Both the position numbers and the translations under genes were made by a program. Source: an uncultured Bacilli bacterium (lineage in GTDB: Bacteria; Bacillota_I; Bacilli_A; RF39; UBA660). From it: DNA of 33,735 nucleotides. Of this stretch, positions 7,789-16,822 are shown piece after piece; position 1 is the first letter of the stretch; each line of letters opens with the position of its first letter. The stretch spans positions 1 through 33,735 of the forward strand of contig CANQEG010000002.1 in NCBI GenBank assembly GCA_947594705.1, written 5' to 3'. The notes beneath the pieces are model-generated. The model was not told where the DNA came from. It worked only from the letters and a program-made list of their open reading frames with translations, and did not search any database.

Positions 7789-8435
7789 AATGGTTAAAAA
7801 GAATTCTTTTTTGGATTATTACTGGTATATTAGTTTTGATATTTCTCTTTAATGTAACTATGTTTTTTGAAAAAAATATTTTGAAAAAAGATTTTCCTTC
7901 TTTCTTTGGGTATTCTCTTTTAGAAGTTGTATCAGGTTCTATGGAACCAACAATACATATAGGCGATTATATCGTAGTAGATACCCATGTGAAAGAATTT
8001 CATGAAAATGATATTGTAACATTTAGAGATGTAAATGGTTCTTTTGTAACACATCGTTTAGTAAAAATTCAAGATGATTTGATGATTACCAAAGGAGATG
8101 CAAATGACCCAGAAGATGAACCAATGCCAATGAGTAGCATTGTTGGGTTATATCGTTTTAAACTTACCTCATTAGGAAAGGTATTTGCTTCTTTTAAAAC
8201 ACCTTTTGTCAGTATTATGATTTTGGTGATTGGAATTTTGATTTGTGTTTTATTAAGTACAGATAAAAATGGAGAACCAATTTTAGAAGAAGATGAAAAA
8301 GAATTTCAAGAATATTTAAAAATGAAAGAAGAAAAGAAAGAAAAGAACATTTTAGAAAAATTAAAAGAAAAAGTGTCAAAAAAGAAAAAGAAAAAAACAA
8401 AGAAAAAAAATAAGAAAAAGAAAAAGAAGAAGTAG
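7785..8435 (+). CDS. sipW: Second SipW-type signal peptidase I with a polylysine C-terminal tail
   Basis: ATGA overlap with the upstream gene. FFGYSLLEVVSGSMEPT, THRLV, TKGDANDPED, a second TM, and a tail ending KKKKKKTKKKNKKKKKKK. It shares the post-TM motif KEFxEYxKMKEE with the first peptidase. Confidence 0.85.
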   Translation: MKWLKRILFWIITGILVLIFLFNVTMFFEKNILKKDFPSFFGYSLLEVVSGSMEPTIHIGDYIVVDTHVKEFHENDIVTFRDVNGSFVTHRLVKIQDDLMITKGDANDPEDEPMPMSSIVGLYRFKLTSLGKVFASFKTPFVSIMILVIGILICVLLSTDKNGEPILEEDEKEFQEYLKMKEEKKEKNILEKLKEKVSKKKKKKTKKKNKKKKKKK

Positions 8436-8443
8436 GTGAGAAG

Positions 8444-9073
8444 ATGAAACAGTTATGGAAAAGTAAAAGATTTCGAAAAAATTTATATCGTTGGCTTTTT
8501 ATGTATGTAGGAGTTATGCTTTTATTTACATCGGTGGTAACGTATTCGAAGTATATTTCAACTCTACAAAGTAGTGATGCAGCTCGAATGCCTACTTTTG
8601 ATGTAAAAATTGCAATGCAAGAAAAATGTGATGATGAAGAGACTACTTGTAATACTGGAACTTTTCGACCAACTAGTGAAATTACGTATCAATTTGAAGC
8701 AAAAACTAATTTGGAAGTAAAAACAGAAGTCTTTTATACCATTATGATTAATAATCGTTTTCATTTTTTAGGATTAACTGATATTACTGATGGTACTCTT
8801 GTTCCAGTAACTGATTTTACATCTTCTGATGTTTCAAAAGATATTGTTACAGGAAGTTCTTCAGAATCTTATAAAACATATACTTGGAAAGTATCATACG
8901 ATGCGGGAAGTGAAGAAATCAAAAAGTATCAAGTAAAAGTTCAATTTGATAATTTATATTGCCCAAGTGGTCAAGTAGATTGTAATAAAGATAAAGAAAA
9001 TTATCAAAACATCTCAAAAACTGCTTACGATATATTAAGAATTGGTTATTCTGCAATTCAGTTAAATGATTAG
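8444..9073 (+). CDS. Small secreted protein with the same N-terminal motif as the putative major subunit (minor or accessory subunit candidate)
   Basis: TSVVTYS|KYISTLQSSDAARMPTFDVKI aligns with VSGTYA|KYATQLSATSDQARVARWDFKI of the 4016-4942 product. SD AGGTGAG upstream. Confidence 0.55.
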   Translation: MKQLWKSKRFRKNLYRWLFMYVGVMLLFTSVVTYSKYISTLQSSDAARMPTFDVKIAMQEKCDDEETTCNTGTFRPTSEITYQFEAKTNLEVKTEVFYTIMINNRFHFLGLTDITDGTLVPVTDFTSSDVSKDIVTGSSSESYKTYTWKVSYDAGSEEIKKYQVKVQFDNLYCPSGQVDCNKDKENYQNISKTAYDILRIGYSAIQLND

Positions 9074-9085
9074 AAAGGAGAAAAA

Positions 9086-10759
9086 ATGATAAAATATATG
9101 AAAAATAAAAAAGTAATTATGGTATTCTTTTATACATTTTTTCTCTTTGTTACTTGTTCTTTATTTACAGTAAATTTTTCTGGAGCAAAATTTAAGGATG
9201 ATGAAGAGTATGCTGTTGTTTATAATAGTAATTTATCACAAATTTATTATGATGAACAATTTGTTTCTTATCATGAAAATATTAGTAATCAAGAATATCT
9301 TTATGCTATTGTGGATGTAAAACCAAATCCGGGAAGAGGAGATGGAAGTAGTTATAGTAAGGATAACTATACTATTACAGTATCAGAAGGTTGTACAATT
9401 AAAACAAGAGAAAGCACAAATTATTTAAATAGTAATACAATAACAGTAAATTTAAAAGGAAAGACTACTACACAATTTTTAGATGTTAAATGTTCGGTAG
9501 ATAATCCTAATATTATATATAATAAAGTCTACTGGCGAATTCAAGCTAAAATTGAAGAACAAATTGATAATGAACCTAAATTTTTATATCGAAAAGGGTT
9601 TGTAACAATTGAGTCATTGCCAAAGGAACCAGAAGAAGAAACACCAAAAATCACAAAAACTATTTCTAAATCTATTGGAAATCCTTATCAAGAATTAGTG
9701 AAATGGTTAGAAGCTTATTTAAGTAAATATTATGATGAAGCTGGAAATGAGGATTACCCTTATATTAGAAAAGCAATTTTAGGAAATTCTACTGATGATG
9801 GTTATATAACAAAATATAAAAATAATCAATTTGATTCAGGAGTTTTAGGGTTAAAAATTACAGAAACCGAAGATTCTTATACTTTTCAAATAGAAGAAAA
9901 TTTTATTGGTTATGCTAGAACTTGGGAAAATTTTCATTATAATACAGGTTTAAAATATTTATATTTTAATGAAGAACCTGACAATTTACTAAATTCAGCT
10001 CACATAAAAAATATTTTTGTTAATTATTTAAAAGAATATGTTTATAAAAATGATCTTGGAACATTTGAATTGGTAAAGCAATATATCGATGAAAATGAGT
10101 TTGATATTTCTGGATTTGTTCTCAATGGCACTCCTTCTATTGAAGGATTAGTTCGTAATTTAGTGGGAACTACACCAGCAATACGTGTTTCTAGTTCATT
10201 TTTGAAAAATGCTACTGATTATTTTGATCAACCTATTAGTGTTTTGGTGGATGATAATGTTTTGACGACATTGGAAAGTAAAATAAAAAATAATCCTGTA
10301 TATTATCATCGCGTAACTGATAGTATGATTCAAGAAATGAAAAAAGATTCGGCTTTTCTTCAAGCTTTGGAAAATACTGAAATAATTAATTACTTTTCTT
10401 ATTATGATAAAGAGAAAGGGTATGTTGGAGTTAGTATTTCTCCTAGTAAAACTTTAAATCAAAAAGATATTGCGATTACATCTCTTGATTTTCTAAAAAA
10501 TGTTAGTGATTTTAAATTAGAAAATTTAAGTGATGAAGTTTTAAGTATTACATTAACCATTCCTAATGAAAACGAAAGTGAAGATGATACTTTGATGATG
10601 AATGTGGTATCTTCTTTAGATACATATTTTAAGGTTTCTTCTAGTATTCATAAAGAGGAAGGAAAAACTACTTATGGAACAATTCCAAGTGAAATTGTCG
10701 TAGAACAAAAAAATGGCAGATTGATTTCATTAACATATCATATTGTAAAAAATGTCTAA
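9086..10759 (+). CDS. Secreted or anchored hypothetical protein, last gene of the operon
   Basis: SD AAAGGAG. The N-terminal hydrophobic segment ends TVNFSGA|KFKDDEE, with small residues at -3/-1 and K-aromatic at +1/+2 as in the two subunit-like proteins. I do not recognise any family. Confidence 0.5.
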   Translation: MIKYMKNKKVIMVFFYTFFLFVTCSLFTVNFSGAKFKDDEEYAVVYNSNLSQIYYDEQFVSYHENISNQEYLYAIVDVKPNPGRGDGSSYSKDNYTITVSEGCTIKTRESTNYLNSNTITVNLKGKTTTQFLDVKCSVDNPNIIYNKVYWRIQAKIEEQIDNEPKFLYRKGFVTIESLPKEPEEETPKITKTISKSIGNPYQELVKWLEAYLSKYYDEAGNEDYPYIRKAILGNSTDDGYITKYKNNQFDSGVLGLKITETEDSYTFQIEENFIGYARTWENFHYNTGLKYLYFNEEPDNLLNSAHIKNIFVNYLKEYVYKNDLGTFELVKQYIDENEFDISGFVLNGTPSIEGLVRNLVGTTPAIRVSSSFLKNATDYFDQPISVLVDDNVLTTLESKIKNNPVYYHRVTDSMIQEMKKDSAFLQALENTEIINYFSYYDKEKGYVGVSISPSKTLNQKDIAITSLDFLKNVSDFKLENLSDEVLSITLTIPNENESEDDTLMMNVVSSLDTYFKVSSSIHKEEGKTTYGTIPSEIVVEQKNGRLISLTYHIVKNV

Positions 10760-10772
10760 TGGACATTTTTTT
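10748..10772 (+). terminator. Rho-independent terminator closing the seven-gene operon
   Basis: AAAAATGTC-taatg-GACATTTTTTT overlapping the stop codon. Confidence 0.7.
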
Positions 10773-10824
10773 AGATGACAACCATATTCTTATTTGATAA
10801 ACTTAAAATAAGAGGGAAGTCATT

Positions 10825-11394
10825 ATGAGAAAACAAAGTAAAACTAGAAATAGAATTCGAAGAATTTGTAGAGAAATGGATTATCAAGGGTATCTTTCAC
10901 ATGAAGATGCTTTAAAAATGGAAGAGTTATGTATTGATTCTATTTTAAATTTAGATGAAGTTGGGCCTGTTTTGGCGAAAGTAATGAGTGAAATAGAACA
11001 AAAAACATTTTTCTTTTTACATGGAATTATGCTTTGTAATGATGAAGAAAGAAGTGGTTTTACAGCGAGTATTCCTTGTCAAAAATTTGAAGAATTTTAT
11101 GGAATTGTAAGAGAAGATTTCAACCTTCCTATTTTTTATTCTACTCATGAAAATATTCCCGTATATCGTGTTCTTGATGATTTTGAACATATTTGTAAAC
11201 TGTATTTTGAAGAAATGTTTTTACATGAACGAATTGAAAATGAGATGGAAGAGTTTTCGTTTTACTTTCCTAGTATGGAATTAAAAAATATTCAGGAAAA
11301 TGAAAATATAAAAAGAGAATATTTAAGAAAATTTATTAAAAGATATATTGAATTAAAAGAAGAAAAGAAAGAAGAAAGCATTTTATTTAAATAG
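10825..11394 (+). CDS. Hypothetical cytoplasmic protein
   Basis: Long ORF with SD AGAGGGAAG. No TM and no motif I recognise. Confidence 0.5.
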   Translation: MRKQSKTRNRIRRICREMDYQGYLSHEDALKMEELCIDSILNLDEVGPVLAKVMSEIEQKTFFFLHGIMLCNDEERSGFTASIPCQKFEEFYGIVREDFNLPIFYSTHENIPVYRVLDDFEHICKLYFEEMFLHERIENEMEEFSFYFPSMELKNIQENENIKREYLRKFIKRYIELKEEKKEESILFK

Positions 11395-11447
11395 TTTTTT
11401 GTTTTACAAGAAAGGGTTTTTGTAGTAAAATGTGTGTAGGTGGTAGG

Positions 11448-11666
11448 ATGAAAAAAATTTGTATATTTTTAATAGAGTTCTATCAGATGATGCCTTTTTC
11501 TACGCATCAAGCTTGTCGGTGTATTCCAACTTGTAGTGAATATACGAAAGAAGCTATTTCCTATTACGGAGTAAAAAAAGGAATTCAATTGGGAATAAAA
11601 CGAATTTTAAAATGTCGTCCGGGGGGAATTTATGGGTATCAACCCTTACGAAAGGATGAAATTTAA
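11448..11666 (+). CDS. yidD: Membrane protein insertion efficiency factor YidD
   Basis: LIEFYQ...CRCIPTCSEYTKEAI...GIKRILKCRPGG matches the YidD signature (CRF-PTCS-Y..EA ... RI.RC.P). ATG 11448 follows GGTGGTAGG. The earlier ATG at 11430 lacks an SD. Confidence 0.85.
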   Translation: MKKICIFLIEFYQMMPFSTHQACRCIPTCSEYTKEAISYYGVKKGIQLGIKRILKCRPGGIYGYQPLRKDEI

Positions 11667-12527
11667 ATGAAAAAATTAGTATGTTTGATGGTATTATTTA
11701 CGCTTTTTCTTTTTACTGGTTGTGGTAATAATGAATTGAATACAATTTATACAACTGTGTATCCGATTGAGTTTTTAACAAAGAGTTTATATGGAAATCA
11801 TGCAACTATTACATCTATTTATCCAAATGGAACGAAAATTAATGAATATGAACTTACTAGTAAACAAATCGATACATATAGTAAAGGAACATTTTTTATT
11901 TATAATGGAACAACAGAAGAAAAACAAATTGCTAAAATGATGGTCAATAAAAGAAAAAAATTAAAAATTATTGATGTAGCATATAGTTTGAAATATGAAT
12001 ATGGTATGGAAGAATTATGGCTTAGTCCAAGTAATTTTTTGATGCTTGCGACTAATTTAAAAGATGGATTAGAAAATCAAGTAGGTTCAAAATATACCAA
12101 TGAAGAAATTGATAAAAATTTTCGCGATTTAGAAGAACGTTTATCAATTATGGATGCAGAGATTAGAAGTACAGCGAAGAATGCTGTTGAACGGGGTAAA
12201 AATACGATTATTGCTTCGCAAAATGTTTTTAAATTTTTAGAAGATTATGGTTTTACCGTTATTAGTTTGGCTGATTATGAAAAAGATTCTCCTAATTTTG
12301 AAGCGTTAAAAAATAATTTTAAATCGGGAACTTATACTTATATTTTGGTTTCTAATTTAGATCAAGATAATGAACTAGTAAAGGAATTAAGTGCTGTTTC
12401 TAAAGTGGAAACTATTACAGTACCATTTATGCATACATTAGAGAAAACAGATGTAGAAAATAATAATGATTATTTTACAATGATGAATGATTTTTTATCT
12501 AACTTAAAAACGATGACAAATAATTAA
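11667..12527 (+). CDS. ZnuA/TroA-family metal-binding lipoprotein (ABC substrate-binding protein), orphan
   Basis: Lipobox LFTGC. Overall resemblance to cluster-9 solute-binding proteins (IYTTVYPIEFL..., ...FIYNG...). No permease or ATPase gene adjacent. Confidence 0.6.
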   Translation: MKKLVCLMVLFTLFLFTGCGNNELNTIYTTVYPIEFLTKSLYGNHATITSIYPNGTKINEYELTSKQIDTYSKGTFFIYNGTTEEKQIAKMMVNKRKKLKIIDVAYSLKYEYGMEELWLSPSNFLMLATNLKDGLENQVGSKYTNEEIDKNFRDLEERLSIMDAEIRSTAKNAVERGKNTIIASQNVFKFLEDYGFTVISLADYEKDSPNFEALKNNFKSGTYTYILVSNLDQDNELVKELSAVSKVETITVPFMHTLEKTDVENNNDYFTMMNDFLSNLKTMTNN

Positions 12528-12531
12528 ACAT

Positions 12532-12553
12532 AAAAAAACCCTAAATTTTAGGG
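12532..12553 (-). terminator. Terminator downstream of tRNA-Lys (minus strand)
   Basis: CCCTA/TAGGG stem. On the minus strand it is followed directly by TTTTTTT. On the plus strand the U-run is displaced, so it is at best weak for the ZnuA-like gene. Confidence 0.5.
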
Positions 12554-12568
12554 GTTATCATTCTTTTT

Positions 12569-12644
12569 TGGTGTCCCCACACGGGCTCGAACCGTGGACC
12601 CACTGATTAAGAGTCAGTTGCTCTACCAACTGAGCTATGGAGAC
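12569..12644 (-). tRNA. tRNA-Lys (anticodon CUU)
   Basis: The reverse complement reads GTCTCCA-TA-GCTCAGTTGGTAGAGC-A-ACTGA-CTCTTAA-TCAGT-GGGTC-CACGG-TTCGAGC-CCGTG-TGGGGAC-A-CCA. Confidence 0.9.
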
Positions 12645-12721
12645 ACATTTGTTAACAGTTAACATTATAGCATAATTTTAAGAAAATAAATAGTATTTTT
12701 TTGAAAAAGGAGGTTTTACAG

Positions 12722-13378
12722 ATGGATTTTTTGCAAATTTTTGAAAAAAGAGGATTTAAAATTCAAAATATTGCTCAGATGAAGACAGCATTTACGCATA
12801 GTTCTTATGCGCATGAACATCATGTTGAATCTTATGAACGATTAGAGTTTTTAGGAGATGCTGTTTTAGAATTAATTACTAGTGATTATTTTTATATTCA
12901 TACAAAATTAAAAGAAGGGAATATGACTAAAACAAGAGCGAGTTTTGTTTGTGAACATGCTTTAGCTACTTATGCCAAAGAGATTGGTTTAGATAACTAT
13001 ATTTTAGTAGGACATGGACAAATGGGAAAAGTAAATGATACTATTATTGCTGATGTTTTTGAAAGTGTTTTGGGAGCTATTTATTTAGAATTTGGGTATG
13101 AAAGAGCTAAGGATTATTGTGATGCGATTATTCTTCCTTATATTAAAAATGGAACACATTTTTTAAGTGATTATAAATCTTTATTACAAGAACTTGTTCA
13201 AACAGATAAAGAAAGTTTATCTTATGTTTTGGAAAGTGAAAGTGGGCCTCCTCATAATAAAGTTTTTACAGTTCATGTGACGATTGATGGAATTATTTTT
13301 GGAAGAGGGTCTGGAAGAAGTAAAAAAGAGGCAGAACAAAAAGCTGCATTTGATGCTTATCAGAAAAGGGCGAGATAA
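12722..13378 (+). CDS. rnc: Ribonuclease III
   Basis: ERLEFLGDAVLEL signature and a C-terminal dsRBD (GSGRSKKEAEQKAA). ATG 12722 lies 8 nt after AAGGAGG. The track start at 12701 is a TTG upstream of the SD. Confidence 0.95.
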   Translation: MDFLQIFEKRGFKIQNIAQMKTAFTHSSYAHEHHVESYERLEFLGDAVLELITSDYFYIHTKLKEGNMTKTRASFVCEHALATYAKEIGLDNYILVGHGQMGKVNDTIIADVFESVLGAIYLEFGYERAKDYCDAIILPYIKNGTHFLSDYKSLLQELVQTDKESLSYVLESESGPPHNKVFTVHVTIDGIIFGRGSGRSKKEAEQKAAFDAYQKRAR

Positions 13379-13380
13379 AT

Positions 13381-16326
13381 ATGAAGTTAAAAAGCATTCG
13401 AATGAATGGATTTAAGTCATTCGCAGATAAAACCGATTTAGAATTTAAAACGAATATTACGGCTATTGTTGGACCGAATGGCTCTGGGAAAAGTAATATT
13501 GTAGATGCTGTAAAATGGGTGTTGGGAGAACAGTCCGTAAAATCTTTAAGAGGCTCTACTTCGATGAGTGATGTTATTTTTGCAGGAAGTGAATCAAGAG
13601 ATGCGTTAAAAAGAGCTGAGGTAGCTTTAACGTTTGATAATACAGAACATTTTTTAAATACAGATTTGGTTGATGTGGAAGTAAAAAGAGTTCTTTATCA
13701 AAATGGAGAAAATGAGTATTTTATTAATAATCATAAAGTTCGTTTAAAAGATATTACGACTCTTTTTTTAGATAGTGGTATTGGGAATGATACATTTCAT
13801 ATTATTAGTCAAGGAAGTATTGAAGCAATTGTTAATTCTAAACCGATAGATAGAAGAGTGATTATAGAAGGTGCATCCAAAGTTCTGAAATATAAAACAA
13901 GAAAACAGGAAAGTGTAAAGAAGTTAGAGAAAACGAAAGATAATTTAGAAAAAGTTACTTTAGTAACGGATGAACTTTCGCTTAGTGTTTTGCCATTAAA
14001 AGAACAAAGTGAAATCGCCAAAAAATATTTATCGTTTAAAGAAGAATTAGAAAATTTAGAAATTTCTTTGACTACATTTGATATTTCACAAATACATGAA
14101 ACTTATCATCAAACTATGGCCGAAATGAAAGAATTGGAAAAGAAAAAAGAAAAGTTAGAACTTACTTTTTCTAAAGAGAATGTTGATACCGAAAACTTTC
14201 ATTTAGAATTACTGAAAATAGAAGAAAGATACAACGATTTAAATAAAGAATATATGGAAGTTTTGGAAAAAATTTCTAAATTACAAAGTGAAAAAACTTT
14301 ATTTCAAGAACGGCAAAAGTATGTAATTGATGAAGAAAAGGTAAATGAAAGTTTGTTGTCGTTTAAAGAACAAGAATTGGCTTTGCAAAAAGAATTAGAA
14401 TTAATTCAAAATGATTTAGAAGAAATACGGAAAAATATCAATGAAGAAAAAAATAAACTTCGAGATGAAGAAGAATCGTTTAGTATGCTTTCCATTAAGA
14501 AGAAACATATTGATGTAGAATTAGAACAAACATTACAAAATCAATTTTCTTTACAAAATAAGATTCGATTATTAGAAGCAAATTTAGAACAAGATATGAG
14601 TTTACCAGTGGCTGTAAAAAATATTTTAAATCATCCTCGGTTAACTGGTATTTGTGGAACGATAGGAAAATTATTAGAAGTAGTAGATTATTATGCAACG
14701 GCGATAGATGTTGCTTTAGGGGCATCCGCTAATTTTATTGTTTCGGAAAGTGAAACTGATGCGAAAAATGCGATTGAATATTTAAAGAATAATCGATTGG
14801 GAAGAGCTACTTTTTTTCCATTAAATGTCATTCGTTCTCGAAAGATACCTAATACAGAATTGGCAAGTATTGAAAACGAAAAAGGTTTTCTAGGAGTTGC
14901 CAGTGATTTAATTCAATATGATTCTAAATATCAAAATATTATGGAAAATCAATTAGGAAATGTTTTAGTGGTAGAAGATTTTGATACATTGCAACGATTA
15001 GGTAATAAGCTTTCTCATAAATATCGAATTGTGACTTTAGATGGTGAGATTATGCATGCTGGAGGTTCGTTGACAGGAGGTTTTTTAAAACCTCAAAATA
15101 GTACTTTAAAAGAGAAACAAGAATTATCTCATTATAAAGAAGAACTAGAAAATAATTTGATTTCGACAAATAGTTTACAAGAAAAAAAGAAAGAAATGGA
15201 AAGTGAAAAAGAAGAACTTTCTGAAAGAATTCAAGATTTGGAAAGAAAAATTTTACGATTAGAAGAGGGAGAAAGTCAAAAAGATGCCCAAAGAAAAACA
15301 CTTGAAGAAAAATTACAAGAAGCTAGGACAAATTTAAAAAATGCTGATTCTTTAAAAAAGGGTAAATTAGAAGAAGATTTTATGCAACTATTAGAACAAA
15401 TCAAAGAGGAAGAAGTAAAAAAAGAATTATGTGAAAAAGAAATGGAAACCTTAAAAACAAAAAAAAGTGATCTTTCTTCGCAAATTAATGAATTAGAAAA
15501 AAATAATCGAGAGAAGAGTAGTGCTTATCATTCTGTAGAGATGGCCATTAAAGATCATGAAGTAGAAATTGGTAAATTAGATACGAAAATGGATTATTTA
15601 TTGGGGGTTTTAAGCGATGAATATCATATTACATATGAAAAAGCAAAGAATGAATATACTTTAGATTTGGAACCAGAGTTGGCTCGAATGCGAGTTACGA
15701 GTTTAAAAAAATCTATGCAAGAGTTGGGTGAAGTGAATCTTGGTAGTATTTCTGAATATGATCGTGTAAAAGATCGTTATGAATTTTTAATGAATCAAAA
15801 AACTGATTTAGAACATGCGATGGAAGAACTTTATCATATGATTGAAGAAATGGATTCCATTATGGAAGAAAGACTTACAAATGCGTTTCAAAAAATTCAA
15901 AAAGAGTTTGAAATTACTTTTAAAAAATTATTTCAAGGTGGAAGGGGAATGTTAAAACTTACTGACCCTGAACATATTTTAGAAACGGGAATTGAAATTA
16001 TTGCGGAACCACCTGGAAAAAAACTTAATAATATTCAGTTGTTAAGTGGAGGAGAGAAAACTTTAACAGCAATTGCGTTATTATTTGCTATATTAAATGT
16101 GTATCCTGTTCCATTCTGTATTTTAGATGAGGTAGAAGCAGCATTAGATGAGGCGAATGTCGATATGTTTGGTTCTTATTTACAAGAACAACAAGACAAA
16201 AGTGAATTTATTTTAATTACTCATAAAAAAAGAACTATGGAATATGCCACGACTTTATATGGAATTACCATGCAAGAACAGGGTGTTTCTAAAATAGTAA
16301 GTGTTTCTTTAGAAGGAACAAAATAA
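13381..16326 (+). CDS. smc: Chromosome partition protein SMC
   Basis: N-terminal Walker A GPNGSGKSN, long coiled coils, a hinge, and C-terminal LSGGEKTLTAIALLFA...ILDEVEAALD. Confidence 0.95.
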   Translation: MKLKSIRMNGFKSFADKTDLEFKTNITAIVGPNGSGKSNIVDAVKWVLGEQSVKSLRGSTSMSDVIFAGSESRDALKRAEVALTFDNTEHFLNTDLVDVEVKRVLYQNGENEYFINNHKVRLKDITTLFLDSGIGNDTFHIISQGSIEAIVNSKPIDRRVIIEGASKVLKYKTRKQESVKKLEKTKDNLEKVTLVTDELSLSVLPLKEQSEIAKKYLSFKEELENLEISLTTFDISQIHETYHQTMAEMKELEKKKEKLELTFSKENVDTENFHLELLKIEERYNDLNKEYMEVLEKISKLQSEKTLFQERQKYVIDEEKVNESLLSFKEQELALQKELELIQNDLEEIRKNINEEKNKLRDEEESFSMLSIKKKHIDVELEQTLQNQFSLQNKIRLLEANLEQDMSLPVAVKNILNHPRLTGICGTIGKLLEVVDYYATAIDVALGASANFIVSESETDAKNAIEYLKNNRLGRATFFPLNVIRSRKIPNTELASIENEKGFLGVASDLIQYDSKYQNIMENQLGNVLVVEDFDTLQRLGNKLSHKYRIVTLDGEIMHAGGSLTGGFLKPQNSTLKEKQELSHYKEELENNLISTNSLQEKKKEMESEKEELSERIQDLERKILRLEEGESQKDAQRKTLEEKLQEARTNLKNADSLKKGKLEEDFMQLLEQIKEEEVKKELCEKEMETLKTKKSDLSSQINELEKNNREKSSAYHSVEMAIKDHEVEIGKLDTKMDYLLGVLSDEYHITYEKAKNEYTLDLEPELARMRVTSLKKSMQELGEVNLGSISEYDRVKDRYEFLMNQKTDLEHAMEELYHMIEEMDSIMEERLTNAFQKIQKEFEITFKKLFQGGRGMLKLTDPEHILETGIEIIAEPPGKKLNNIQLLSGGEKTLTAIALLFAILNVYPVPFCILDEVEAALDEANVDMFGSYLQEQQDKSEFILITHKKRTMEYATTLYGITMQEQGVSKIVSVSLEGTK

Positions 16327-16339
16327 AATGTAAATGTAC

Positions 16340-16368
16340 TTGTATCATGTAGCTAAATATTATATAAT
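16340..16368 (+). promoter_or_regulatory. Sigma-A promoter of RNA unit A
   Basis: TTGTAT, 17-nt spacer, TATAAT. Confidence 0.6.
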
Positions 16369-16374
16369 GATTTT

Positions 16375-16786
16375 AAGATACATTTGATGTTAGGTGTTGT
16401 TACTCTCAGTTCATAAATTATTTAAAATTTAATTGAATAGAGAGGAGTGGTCCTAGATGGAGAATTATGGAATATTTGATTATTCTAATAATACTAATTT
16501 TAGTATTACACAAATTCTACAGCAAAGACTAAACATTTTTGATTTTTATATAACAAAAAGACAGCACCTTATACAACTTAGATTGGTGCTGTCCATCCAA
16601 ACAAAAATGGACTGAGATAACACCTAACATGAGAAAATCAGATGTATCTATAAAATCGAACTATGTATTAGTCCATAGTACATAGTATGAAAGATTTCTC
16701 TTTCTTGTATTCATTGTAGCAAAGAAATAGAGATTTTTCAAGTTTAAAATCACAATATACTTCTTTTTGCTAAGGAAGTTTTTTTA
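16375..16786 (+). ncRNA. Unit A: ~410-nt structured transcript of unknown class (ncRNA or fold-back small-ORF mRNA)
   Basis: The 5' arm (16376-16410) pairs with 16609-16649 in an interrupted ~30-bp helix. Further elements are the hairpin ACTATGTA/TACATAGT (16660-16686), an imperfect hairpin (16689-16739), and a terminator CTTCTT..AAGGAAG plus T7 (16758-16786). Confidence 0.5.
16457..16615 (+). CDS. Candidate small ORF (52 aa) inside RNA unit A
   Basis: GAGGAG SD 9 nt before the ATG. Product: MENYGIFDYSNNTNFSITQILQQRLNIFDFYITKRQHLIQLRLVLSIQTKMD. The stop codon lies inside the 3' arm of the closing helix. The ORF is weakly conserved in unit B. Confidence 0.25.
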   Translation: MENYGIFDYSNNTNFSITQILQQRLNIFDFYITKRQHLIQLRLVLSIQTKMD

Positions 16787-16787
16787 T

Positions 16788-16816
16788 TTGTAATACGTAG
16801 ATAATTGTTATATAAT
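16788..16816 (+). promoter_or_regulatory. Sigma-A promoter of RNA unit B
   Basis: TTGTAA, 17-nt spacer, TATAAT. Confidence 0.6.
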
Positions 16817-16822
16817 GATTTT

